Positions 26,354 to 35,336 of a stretch of DNA of 64,000 nt are shown here, in pieces (positions within the stretch are counted from its first letter, which is position 1; each line of letters starts with the position of its first letter). The notes under the pieces are model-generated. The model was not told the DNA's origin. It did not search any database and saw only the letters and a list, made by a program, of their open reading frames with translations. The translations under genes were made by a program, and so were the position numbers. The DNA is from Chitinophagales bacterium (GTDB taxonomy: Bacteria > Bacteroidota > Bacteroidia > Chitinophagales > Chitinophagaceae), in contig JBBSJJ010000001.1 of NCBI GenBank assembly GCA_038257335.1, forward strand, positions 2,589 through 66,588, in the 5' to 3' direction.

Positions 26354-27733
26354 TTAATCTTCTACAAACGCAAGCGCCTTCTCATCATCAAATTCACCTT
26401 CCCAGCGGGCAATCACACAGCTAGCCAGGGTATTGCCAATTACATTTACCGATGTACGGGCCATATCCATCAACTCATCAATACCATAGATGGCCATGAT
26501 GGGCCATAAGGGAAACCCGAAGGTAGATGCAGTGGCAATCAATATTACCAGCGATGCTCTTGGTACTGCTGCCACACCTTTGCTTGTGAGCATCAGGGTC
26601 AATCCAATCATCATTTGCTGCCCAAAAGAGAGGTCCATGCCGGCCGCCTGTGCCACAAACACAGAAGCAAGTGACAGGTAAAGCGTAGTACCATCCAGGT
26701 TAAAAGTATAACCCGTAGGTATTACAAATGAAACAATTTTACGGGGCACACCAAACCTCTCCATATTCTCCAGCGCTTTGGGCAAAGCTGAATCTGAACT
26801 TGTGGTGGCAAAGGCAATAGACACGGGTTCTTTTATGGCCTTAATAAATTGCTTTATCGGTATTTTGGCAACAAACAGCGCTATGGGAAGTAGTACCACA
26901 AGTAGAAAGGAGATTAAAGCAACATATAAGGTAACCAGGAGTAACAACAGGTTCTTCAAAATATCAATGCCCAGGTGCCCAACCGTTACTGCAATGGCTG
27001 CACCCACACCAAACGGTGCAAAATACATGATGATGTTGGTGAATTTGAACATCGTTTCGGCAAGGCTTTCAGAAAACTCCAGCATGGGCCTTTTTTTGTG
27101 CTCGCTTAACAATGCCAGTGCGATTCCGAAAATAACGCTGAAAACAACGATAGGCAACACATTGCCTTCGTAAATTGATTTGATTATATTTTCTGGAAAT
27201 ATGTCAGTGATGTGATCCTGCCAGGTTTTTACTGCTGCAGTAGGCAATTCTTTTAACAATGTTTCTGGCACTTTAATTCCAACACCGGCACGGGTGAGAT
27301 TGATGAATGCCAAACCTATTACCAGGGCAATAGTGGTAACTACCTCAAAGTACAACAACGACTTCCAGCCCATGCGGCCTACCTGTTTGAGGTTAGAATG
27401 ACTGGCGATACCCACTACAAGAGTGGAGAATAACAAAGGCGCTACAATGGTTTTCACCAGGCGTAGGAAGATCTTGCTAAGGAATTGCAGATTTTGAGAA
27501 AAAGCAGGAAAATCCAGCCCGATCTCCACTCCAATCACCATGGCCACGAGTATCCAGGTGGTAAGTGATCTTTTTAAAATTGCAAACAAAACAGTGCTGG
27601 CTACAAATACCCAGCGCATGCTTAACAACAAAGGAGCTGGTAGAGAAATAATATCATACCCGTTTAATACTTGCAGCAGGGCGGTAATGGTGAAAAGGAT
27701 AAGGGCTAGTAAACCTGCTTGGCGCTGATTCAT
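26354..27733 (-). CDS. Dicarboxylate/amino acid:cation symporter (GltP family)
   Basis: FLRLVKTIVAPL, FATTSSDSALP and PTGYTFNLDGT...DMARTSVN motifs. Confidence 0.92.
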   Translation of the reverse strand: MNQRQAGLLALILFTITALLQVLNGYDIISLPAPLLLSMRWVFVASTVLFAILKRSLTTWILVAMVIGVEIGLDFPAFSQNLQFLSKIFLRLVKTIVAPLLFSTLVVGIASHSNLKQVGRMGWKSLLYFEVVTTIALVIGLAFINLTRAGVGIKVPETLLKELPTAAVKTWQDHITDIFPENIIKSIYEGNVLPIVVFSVIFGIALALLSEHKKRPMLEFSESLAETMFKFTNIIMYFAPFGVGAAIAVTVGHLGIDILKNLLLLLVTLYVALISFLLVVLLPIALFVAKIPIKQFIKAIKEPVSIAFATTSSDSALPKALENMERFGVPRKIVSFVIPTGYTFNLDGTTLYLSLASVFVAQAAGMDLSFGQQMMIGLTLMLTSKGVAAVPRASLVILIATASTFGFPLWPIMAIYGIDELMDMARTSVNVIGNTLASCVIARWEGEFDDEKALAFVED

Positions 27734-27944
27734 AAGTGCAATCGTTAATTTCAGTGAGTGCCAAAACTAAATCAACTGCGGGTATTTAAAAAAAATAATA
27801 GTTTGGGTAAATGCTGCTCTAAAATGGCCACCTATTAGGATGGAGGTTATCTAATAGCGGTTATTTTTGCATCCTGCCTATTAATGCTCTCCTGCCGTAA
27901 TGAATATTTTTCCCGTCAGTTAGCCATCAATCAAATAATTTCCT

Positions 27945-27952
27945 TACTTTTG
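27945..27952 (+). promoter_or_regulatory. -7 promoter element for rpmI-rplT, followed by a ~100-nt leader
   Basis: TACTTTTG matches TAnnTTTG. Confidence 0.65.
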
Positions 27953-28057
27953 CCGCCCGAAAAGAGCAATCTTTCGTTTTATTCATTTCCCACACGGCTC
28001 TACAAGTTCCCATCATTTTGGGACGCCAGCAGGGAGTAACTAGTAATAAGTTATATA

Positions 28058-28252
28058 ATGCCAAAGGTTAAAACCAACAGTAGCGCAAAGAAGCGCTTCA
28101 AAGTTACCGGTACAGGTAAAATTCTCCACCAGAAAGCGTTCAAACGCCACATTCTCACAAAAAAATCAACCAAGCGTAAGCGTGCTATGCGTATAGACGG
28201 CCAGATATCGCCTACGCACGTGCCTTTTGTGAAGCGTTTGTTGAACCTCTAA
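28058..28252 (+). CDS. rpmI: 50S ribosomal protein L35
   Basis: [21 protein letters not shown]...HILTKKS. Confidence 0.97.
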   Translation: MPKVKTNSSAKKRFKVTGTGKILHQKAFKRHILTKKSTKRKRAMRIDGQISPTHVPFVKRLLNL

Positions 28253-28299
28253 CAAATTGGAAAATTTTATCAACTATTAACTTTTTAAAAAATTAAGAT

Positions 28300-28644
28300 A
28301 TGCCACGTTCAGTAAATGCAGTAGCCAGCAGGGCCCGCCGCAAAAGAATATTAAAAGCTGCCAAAGGTTATTATGGTAAGCGCAAGAATGTATACACCGT
28401 TGCCAAAAACGTAATGGAAAAAGGTTTGACGTATAGCTACGTAGGCCGTAAATTAAAGAAGCGTGAATACCGCACTTTGTGGATTGCACGTATCAACGCT
28501 GCCGTAAGAGCAGAAGGAATTACTTACAGCGTTTTCATCAACAAGTTAGCTGAAAAGAAAATTGATCTTAATCGCAAGGTTTTGGCTGATTTAGCCATGA
28601 ACCAACCCGAGGCTTTCAAAGCTTTGGTAGCATCTGTAAAGTAA
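28300..28644 (+). CDS. rplT: 50S ribosomal protein L20
   Basis: AKGYYG...[19 protein letters not shown]...[10 protein letters not shown]. Confidence 0.97.
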   Translation: MPRSVNAVASRARRKRILKAAKGYYGKRKNVYTVAKNVMEKGLTYSYVGRKLKKREYRTLWIARINAAVRAEGITYSVFINKLAEKKIDLNRKVLADLAMNQPEAFKALVASVK

Positions 28645-28668
28645 TTTGCAATGCCATATTCTTACATG

Positions 28669-28698
28669 CCGCCCTGTTTTTTGCAGGGCGGTTTTTTT
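28669..28698 (+). terminator. Intrinsic terminator after rplT
   Basis: CCGCCCTG-loop-CAGGGCGG followed by T7. Confidence 0.85.
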
Positions 28699-28778
28699 AT
28701 GTTTGATTAGCCTGTTAAATAATATCTTTGCACCGCCATTTTATTAATAAACCACTTTAAAATAAGGATTTTACGCTG

Positions 28779-30209
28779 ATGAATAATACCTACAACAGCC
28801 TGGTACAGCAGACCTTTAATTTTCCCCAGGAAGGATTTAAACTGAAGGACGAATATTTGCAATATAATGAGGTTGACATAAAAGCCCTTATCGATAAACA
28901 TGGCACTCCTCTAAAACTTTCTTATCTGCCTAAAATTGGGATGCAGATAAACAAGGCCAAACAAATGTTTGCCAATGCATTTAAAAAACACAAGTACGAA
29001 GGCGAATACCTTTATTGCTATTGTACCAAAAGCTCTCACTTTAGTTTTATTGTAGAAGAAACTTTAAAACACAACATACAATTAGAAACTTCTTATGCTT
29101 ACGATATTGACATTATCAACTCGTTGTACAAGCGCAAAAAAATAACTAAAGACATACACATAGTATGCAACGGATTTAAGCAAAAAAATTATACCTCCCG
29201 CATTGCAAAATTGATCAATGACGGCTTTAAAAATGTGATTCCCATTTTGGATAACAAAGAAGAGCTGAACATGTACAAGCGAAATATTCGCACGGGCGAG
29301 CCTTTTAAACTGGGTATTCGCATAGCAGCTGAAGAGGAACCTACATTTCCATTTTACACTTCCAGGCTTGGCATGAAGGCAAAAGATGTGTTGGGTTTTT
29401 ATGTAGATGAAATTGAGGGTTATGAAGATAAGTTCCAGCTAAAGATGCTCCATATCTTTTTGAACAAGGGTATCAAAGATGATATTTATTACTGGAGTGA
29501 ATTGCAAAAAAGCATTACACTTTATTGCCAGCTAAAAAAGATTTGTCCTGAGTTAGATTCTATTAATATTGGTGGCGGTTTCCCTATTAAGCATTCGCTG
29601 GGTTTTGATTACGACTACCAGTTTATGATCAATGAAATTGTGGGCAATATTAAGAATGCATGCAAAAAGGCAAAGGTGCAAATGCCGAATATCTATACAG
29701 AATTTGGCAGTTTTACAGTAGGTGAGAGCATGGCGCATATCTACAGCGTGATCGGCGAAAAAGTTCAGAACGACCGGGAAACCTGGTACATGATAGATTC
29801 TTCGTTCATCACCACATTGCCCGATACCTGGGGCATTGGAGAAAAATTCCTGATGTTACCCATCAATAAATGGAAGAACGAATACCAGCGGGTAGTATTG
29901 GGAGGTATCACCTGCGATGGACATGATTATTACGATTCAGAAGAACATATCAACGAAGTGTTTCTGCCAAAGGTGAAAAGCACAGAACCCTCTGATGCGG
30001 AAAGCAACAAGGAGCCGCTCTACGTAGGCTTCTTTCATACGGGGGCTTATCAGGACCAGATAAGCGGTTATGGTGGTATTAAGCATTGCCTTATTCCTTC
30101 TCCTAAACATGTAATTATAGAGCGTGATAAGAATGGTAAGTTGGTAGAGTGGGTATATGCAAAAGAGCAGACATCGCAGAGTATGCTGAAGATCTTAGGA
30201 TACAAATAA
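28779..30209 (+). CDS. speA: Arginine decarboxylase (PLP fold type III, Bacteroidota type)
   Basis: YCYCTKSSH (PLP Lys), SRLG, NIGGGFPI, TEFGS and GITCDGHDYY...GAYQD motifs. TATCTTTG promoter at 28723-28730. Confidence 0.88.
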   Translation: MNNTYNSLVQQTFNFPQEGFKLKDEYLQYNEVDIKALIDKHGTPLKLSYLPKIGMQINKAKQMFANAFKKHKYEGEYLYCYCTKSSHFSFIVEETLKHNIQLETSYAYDIDIINSLYKRKKITKDIHIVCNGFKQKNYTSRIAKLINDGFKNVIPILDNKEELNMYKRNIRTGEPFKLGIRIAAEEEPTFPFYTSRLGMKAKDVLGFYVDEIEGYEDKFQLKMLHIFLNKGIKDDIYYWSELQKSITLYCQLKKICPELDSINIGGGFPIKHSLGFDYDYQFMINEIVGNIKNACKKAKVQMPNIYTEFGSFTVGESMAHIYSVIGEKVQNDRETWYMIDSSFITTLPDTWGIGEKFLMLPINKWKNEYQRVVLGGITCDGHDYYDSEEHINEVFLPKVKSTEPSDAESNKEPLYVGFFHTGAYQDQISGYGGIKHCLIPSPKHVIIERDKNGKLVEWVYAKEQTSQSMLKILGYK

Positions 30210-30275
30210 TTAAAAATTAAAAAGTCAAAAGTAAAAAAAGGCGGTCTATCTTTTTTACTTTTGACTTTTTACTTC
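30208..30275. repeat. Inverted heptamer arrays forming a probable bidirectional terminator
   Basis: aattaaa aattaaa aagtcaa aagtaaa ... tttactt ttgactt tttactt between convergent genes. Confidence 0.65.
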
Positions 30276-30593
30276 CTATTGGAACTCCGGCTTGTCAAAC
30301 ATCCCTTTGTAATACAAATAATATTTTCCATCCTTCTTACTGCGCCAATACCGCTTGCCCTCGAGGTCGTAATAATAACGGCCTTGTATTGTCTTGGTGG
30401 CGGCCTTGTCATTTACCACAATAGATTTGGGAACGGGCGTTTTTATTGGGGCTGGCCGCCTGGGCGCTGGCGTCGGTTCTACTTTTATGGCAACTTCTTC
30501 TTCCGCTGTTTTAGAGGGCGTTGTTTTCCTGCTGCAACTTTGCAGATAAAAGAATCCGGAAACAAGCACAAAACATACAACATATTTCTTCAT
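30276..30593 (-). CDS. Small lipoprotein with a Pro-rich linker and Tyr/Lys-rich C-terminus
   Basis: MKKYVVCFVLVSGFFYLQSC lipobox. Start reassigned from 30632. Confidence 0.7.
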   Translation of the reverse strand: MKKYVVCFVLVSGFFYLQSCSRKTTPSKTAEEEVAIKVEPTPAPRRPAPIKTPVPKSIVVNDKAATKTIQGRYYYDLEGKRYWRSKKDGKYYLYYKGMFDKPEFQ

Positions 30594-30649
30594 AGAATTG
30601 ATTTGCATTCTTGTATGCAATAACTTATCCAAAAAAAACTCCCTTGCTT

Positions 30650-31909
30650 TTATTGCTTTTTGGTTTTGGGCTTGTACTTTTTGTTAACCTTAGGATTGTT
30701 GAAATAGGAGTCTAGTTCCTGCTCATTTGCAAACTCATCTGTAAAAGGTATGTCTATTAACTGTATCTGCATTTGTTTTAATTCCTCTTTCAATTTCCTG
30801 GCCTTATTTAATATTTCCGGATCCCTTGTGCCCATGAGCTGGTTATCCTGCAACAGGTATTCCAGTCTTTTAATACTACTTCTAATGAGGGTGGCTGTAT
30901 TTTGTTCGTAAGTGCTGTTGGGAGCTGCGGCTTCTTTAACAGGTACCAGCGCAATGCCTACGCTTGGTAGAATCTTACCGGCCGTTTTTTGGCTCTCGCC
31001 TGGCAAAGACGACATGATGGTACCACTGAGGGTGGTAGTTGCAGAGCCAAGGTCAAAGCCTGTGCGGGTGCGTTTCACTTTTTTTATTTTTTTATCTACG
31101 AGCCTGAAACTGCTCTTGAGGGAAGTAACATATTTGCGGGTATCTTGTTGCAGGCGCTCAAACTCTATTACCTGTTGCGGATAATTAATGTTTTCCTTTA
31201 CAATGATCTCAATGCGGGCCGTATCATTAGTTTGAAATTTCGTGCTTCCAATAAAGTAGAGTTCCAACTTCTTGGTTTTTTCCTTATCGTTTTCTTTTAT
31301 AAAATCAAAGGGAGCATACCATGTAAAATCGTCGCCGCAACGTGTAACGGGTGTGCGGGATTTTACAGGGTAGTTGCTAATATAGGTCAACTCTTCAATG
31401 GGGAAACTTCCATTGTCGCATTGAATTTTGAAACTGATGGTGTCGCCTTCGTCAAGATATAAAGTTTTGGTTACTGTAGGTTTTACCTTAGAGGCGATGA
31501 TCTCCGTGCTGTAAAAAAGAAGGGTAAAAGAAGTGTCCACTTTTTCCTCAGGCATATCCAAATTTTGTACGCTTAAATTTACTTTGTATTCAAAATCATA
31601 TTTTAACCTACCCGAAAGAAAGTAAGATTTTTCTGCTTTGAAAGTGAGTAAGCCATTGTCTTTATGAATCTTTAACCCGACCGGAGAATTTTTTAGGAAC
31701 CAATAATAGTCAGATAATTTTTTGTTGATCTCCAACTGGTAGCGCAAGGTAGAATCTACATGAAGCGTAAAATAGGGGTTCAGGTTTTTTATCCTCAGCG
31801 TAGTATCCGTTGCTTTAATCACCGGCTCCAGTGTATCGCTTATCTGCGAAAAACCCTGCAGGAAAATGGCCACAATAAAATAAATAGAAATGATTATTTT
31901 TCTTGTCAT
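30650..31909 (-). CDS. Secreted hypothetical protein (beta-rich N-half, coiled-coil/hydrophobic C-half)
   Basis: Signal peptide and a clean 419-aa ORF. No confident family. Confidence 0.75.
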   Translation of the reverse strand: MTRKIIISIYFIVAIFLQGFSQISDTLEPVIKATDTTLRIKNLNPYFTLHVDSTLRYQLEINKKLSDYYWFLKNSPVGLKIHKDNGLLTFKAEKSYFLSGRLKYDFEYKVNLSVQNLDMPEEKVDTSFTLLFYSTEIIASKVKPTVTKTLYLDEGDTISFKIQCDNGSFPIEELTYISNYPVKSRTPVTRCGDDFTWYAPFDFIKENDKEKTKKLELYFIGSTKFQTNDTARIEIIVKENINYPQQVIEFERLQQDTRKYVTSLKSSFRLVDKKIKKVKRTRTGFDLGSATTTLSGTIMSSLPGESQKTAGKILPSVGIALVPVKEAAAPNSTYEQNTATLIRSSIKRLEYLLQDNQLMGTRDPEILNKARKLKEELKQMQIQLIDIPFTDEFANEQELDSYFNNPKVNKKYKPKTKKQ

Positions 31910-32039
31910 CTTAAGGAGTTAAAAATTTCGGTGAAGGTAAATCATTCAATGCACAATGGCTTTAGGGCTACTACTTCCGTTCATGTATTTGCAAAAATTA
32001 TCAAAACAAGAAATACTATTTTTATAAGTATAAAATAAA

Positions 32040-32498
32040 ATGTGTATGAAATTTTTAACCATGGGACTTTTAATGCTTCTGCTACATGGCAAAGCTAAGA
32101 GCCAACAAACCGAAGATTCTGTAAAGGCTGTAGTGAACCTTTTGTTTAGCGCAATGAAAACCAGCGATGAGGCCTTGCTGCTTTCCTGCTTTGCAGACAG
32201 GGCTCTTTTACAAACACTATCAAAGAATAAAGAAGGGCACCTGTTTGTAAAAAATGAAAGCTTAAAGGAGTTTGCAGCATCTATCGGCTCGGCACCTAAG
32301 GGCGCCCTGGATGAACGCATCAGTTTTGATATGATAAAAATAGATAGCTCCCTTGCCTCTGTATGGACGCCTTATACTTTTTTTTACAATGGCAAGTTTA
32401 GTCATTGTGGTGTAAACTCGTTTCAAATTGTACGAACAGCCATTGGCTGGAAAATACAGTACATCATAGATACCCGCCGCAAGCAGGGATGCCTTTAA
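32040..32498 (+). CDS. NTF2-like / putative lumazine-binding secreted protein
   Basis: VWTPYTFFYNGKFSHCGVNSFQIV...WKIQYIIDTRR motif. Confidence 0.8.
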   Translation: MCMKFLTMGLLMLLLHGKAKSQQTEDSVKAVVNLLFSAMKTSDEALLLSCFADRALLQTLSKNKEGHLFVKNESLKEFAASIGSAPKGALDERISFDMIKIDSSLASVWTPYTFFYNGKFSHCGVNSFQIVRTAIGWKIQYIIDTRRKQGCL

Positions 32499-32501
32499 AT
32501 A

Positions 32502-32531
32502 ACAAGCCTCCCCGGGAACGGGGAGGCTTCA
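32502..32531. terminator. Bidirectional terminator stem
   Basis: AAGCCTCCCCG-GGAA-CGGGGAGGCTT between convergent genes. Confidence 0.75.
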
Positions 32532-32569
32532 TCTACTAAAAATTAATCAACCAACTCTATTTCTACTTT

Positions 32570-33013
32570 TTACAAAATGCTGATATCTTTTACAGCGGCT
32601 TTAGCTGGTTCCTTTTTAGGTAGTTCCAGTTTAAGCACACCGTTGTCATACTTTGCTACAATATTTTCAGCATCAATTTTTTCATCTATGGTAAAACTGC
32701 GTTTAAATGCCCGGTAAGAAAATTCCGTACGCAACAGTTTGCCTGTTTCTTCTTTTGATTCCTCTTTTTTCTTTGAACTGATGGTCAGAATATTGGCTTC
32801 CAGTTTTACGCTAAAGTCGGTCTTTTCAAAACCGGGTGCGGCCATCTCAACCGAAAATGAATCGGTTCTTTCGATAATATTCACCGGCGGAAAATTCAAT
32901 ACATCTTCTCTAAAACTTTTGGAAAGGGTAGTAGGAAATTCATTGAAAATGTCCTTCATCATGCCATCGAATGTTTTGCCAAGGTGGTTGTTGTTTGCTT
33001 TTACGAATGTCAT
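32570..33013 (-). CDS. Hsp20/alpha-crystallin small heat-shock protein
   Basis: PPVNI, APGFEK, EFSYRAFKRSF and AKYDNGVLKLELPK motifs. Confidence 0.93.
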   Translation of the reverse strand: MTFVKANNNHLGKTFDGMMKDIFNEFPTTLSKSFREDVLNFPPVNIIERTDSFSVEMAAPGFEKTDFSVKLEANILTISSKKKEESKEETGKLLRTEFSYRAFKRSFTIDEKIDAENIVAKYDNGVLKLELPKKEPAKAAVKDISIL

Positions 33014-33250
33014 TGTTTTATAGCTTTAAGTTTTATAATTTTTTCTTGTTGTAAGGGATTATTCAAAACCTGTTCCACTCAACAAACATGGACAAATTGT
33101 GCTAATTAGAGCTTATATATGCGCCTTAATGGCAAGAAATGGAAGATGTGCTGCCATTGTAACCGATTTGTAGCTAGTTTAACTTGAGATTTTTTAAATT
33201 GTTTTAAATGATTTGAGTGTAATTTTGCTGCTTAAATTAAAAACAGAGAT

Positions 33251-33667
33251 ATGTATCCAGCAGAAATAGTGATTCCAATGAAAGAGGAATTAACCGAAAA
33301 TGGTTTCAAAGAAATGCTTAGCGCATCAGATGTAGAAAATATACTCAGTCAAAAAGGAACTGCACTGGTTGTGATCAATTCAGTGTGCGGTTGCAGCGCA
33401 GGCACGGCACGCCCGGGAGTATTATTGGCAGTGCACAATAGTAGTAAAAAACCCGACCATATTACCACCAGCTTTGCAGGTTTTGATGTAGAAGCAGTGA
33501 ACGAAGTAAGAAAGCATTTAATGCCTTATCCACCATCTTCTCCGGCGATAGCCTTGTTTAAAGATGGCCAGCTAGTGCACATGATAGAAAGACACATGAT
33601 AGAAGGTAGAAGTGCTCAAATGATTGCTGACAATTTGATGGGCGCATTTGATACCCACTGTAATTAA
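33251..33667 (+). CDS. BrxA/BrxB family bacilliredoxin
   Basis: INSVCGCSAG (CGC) motif and PYPPSSPAIALFKDG. TAATTTTG promoter at 33220-33227. Confidence 0.9.
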   Translation: MYPAEIVIPMKEELTENGFKEMLSASDVENILSQKGTALVVINSVCGCSAGTARPGVLLAVHNSSKKPDHITTSFAGFDVEAVNEVRKHLMPYPPSSPAIALFKDGQLVHMIERHMIEGRSAQMIADNLMGAFDTHCN

Positions 33668-33805
33668 GTTAAAAAGTAAAAATTAAGAAATGGCAATATT
33701 CACATGTTGCCATTTTTTTTTGAACGCTCCTCATTCTTTTGAATTTTTATTTTTTATTTTTTACTTCTTTATATTGCATCACTTCTTTAAGATTAAAACA
33801 ACAGC

Positions 33806-35128
33806 ATGTATCCCAACTTATATTATGTTTTCAAAGATTGGTTTTCCGTAGAATGGCCTGCTCTTGCCTTTCTTAATACCTTCGGTTTATTTGTAGCACT
33901 CGCTTTTATAGTGGCAGCTATTGTACTATCATCGGAACTTAAGCGCAAAGAAAAGCTTGGTTTGCTTTTACCAAAAGAAGAAATGATTACTGTGGGCAAA
34001 CCAGCCAGCATGTTAGATCTTTTTTTAAATGGTATAACCGGTTTTATTTTTGGTTATAAATTATTTGGTCTTTTTTTGAACAAGCCCGTAGACGTAAATG
34101 CACAGGATTACATTTTTTCCGCACAGGGTAATTTTTTAGGTGGTCTTATAGCAGCGGCTGCATTGGTGGCTTTGAAATGGTGGGAGAGGAACAAACAAAA
34201 ATTAAAAACTCCCGAGCGTCGTGCCGTGCGCATCTGGCCACACGATAGAGTAGGCGACATCATTATTTTAGGGCTGATATTTGGAATATTGGGTGCCAAA
34301 CTATTTGACAATTTTGAGCATTGGGACGAGTTCATACAAGATCCTATTGGTAGAATATTTTCTCAAAGCGGTCTTACGTTTTATGGCGGTCTAATTTTAG
34401 CCGCTGCGGCTATCTGCTGGTATGCTTACAAAAAAGGAGTCAAAATAAAGCACCTGGTAGATGCTGCAGCACCTGCGCTTATGATTGCCTATGCGGTAGG
34501 CCGCATCGGTTGCCAGGTATCGGGCGATGGCGATTGGGGCGTGTACAACAGCGCTTATGTGAGTGATGAATCGGGCAAGGTTACAGCAGCAGCCCCCGGT
34601 GATTTTGAAAAGCAAATGCAAAAGAATGCGTCCTATTTTACCGAAGGAAAGGTACCTGACACTGCCGGCACTTCCATTTATGTAACAGACCGCATTTACC
34701 CTAGCCTGGGAGAAGTACCCCACAAGAGTTTTAAAGGACCGGAATTTTTGCCCAACTGGCTTTTTGCATACAGCTATCCGCAGAATGTAAACAAGGATGG
34801 TATATTAATGCCAGGCGTATCCGACGAGCATAACCGGGTATTACCTCAACCCGTATTTCCTACTCCATTATATGAGATCATCATATGTTCCCTTCTTTTT
34901 CTTTTTTTATGGGCTATTAGAAAACGTATTAAAACACCATTTGTTCTGTTCGGTATTTATCTTACAGTTAATGGTATAGAGCGCTTTTTGGTAGAGTCCA
35001 TCAGGGTAAACAAAACCTACACGGTGTTTGGCCTTCACCCATCACAGGCACAAATAATAGCTATTGTATTGGTTATTATTGGTTTAGTTACCATCTTGCT
35101 GGCTAAAAAGAACGCCCACCGTTTATAA
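33806..35128 (+). CDS. lgt: Prolipoprotein diacylglyceryl transferase
   Basis: GLTFYGG, GRIGC...GDGDWG, HPTP-like FPTPLYE and ERFLVESIR motifs. Confidence 0.9.
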   Translation: MYPNLYYVFKDWFSVEWPALAFLNTFGLFVALAFIVAAIVLSSELKRKEKLGLLLPKEEMITVGKPASMLDLFLNGITGFIFGYKLFGLFLNKPVDVNAQDYIFSAQGNFLGGLIAAAALVALKWWERNKQKLKTPERRAVRIWPHDRVGDIIILGLIFGILGAKLFDNFEHWDEFIQDPIGRIFSQSGLTFYGGLILAAAAICWYAYKKGVKIKHLVDAAAPALMIAYAVGRIGCQVSGDGDWGVYNSAYVSDESGKVTAAAPGDFEKQMQKNASYFTEGKVPDTAGTSIYVTDRIYPSLGEVPHKSFKGPEFLPNWLFAYSYPQNVNKDGILMPGVSDEHNRVLPQPVFPTPLYEIIICSLLFLFLWAIRKRIKTPFVLFGIYLTVNGIERFLVESIRVNKTYTVFGLHPSQAQIIAIVLVIIGLVTILLAKKNAHRL

Positions 35129-35149
35129 TTTCTTCTTGTAACTTATTGT

Positions 35150-35191
35150 AAAGGATAACCGTTAGACTTGTTTCTAACCGGTTATCCTTTT
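35150..35191 (+). terminator. Intrinsic terminator after lgt
   Basis: AAAGGATAACCG...CGGTTATCCTTTT. Confidence 0.7.
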
Positions 35192-35336
35192 ATTTTGCCA
35201 TTCCTTGATTAAACCATGTACTATGCAAAACAAAGTACTCACTTTTGTGAAGTAGTTAACAAAGTATATAACTACAGTTTTAAATTAATCACACTCTCAC
35301 CGCCAGCCACGGGAGGAGGATAAAAAAAGTATAGTC

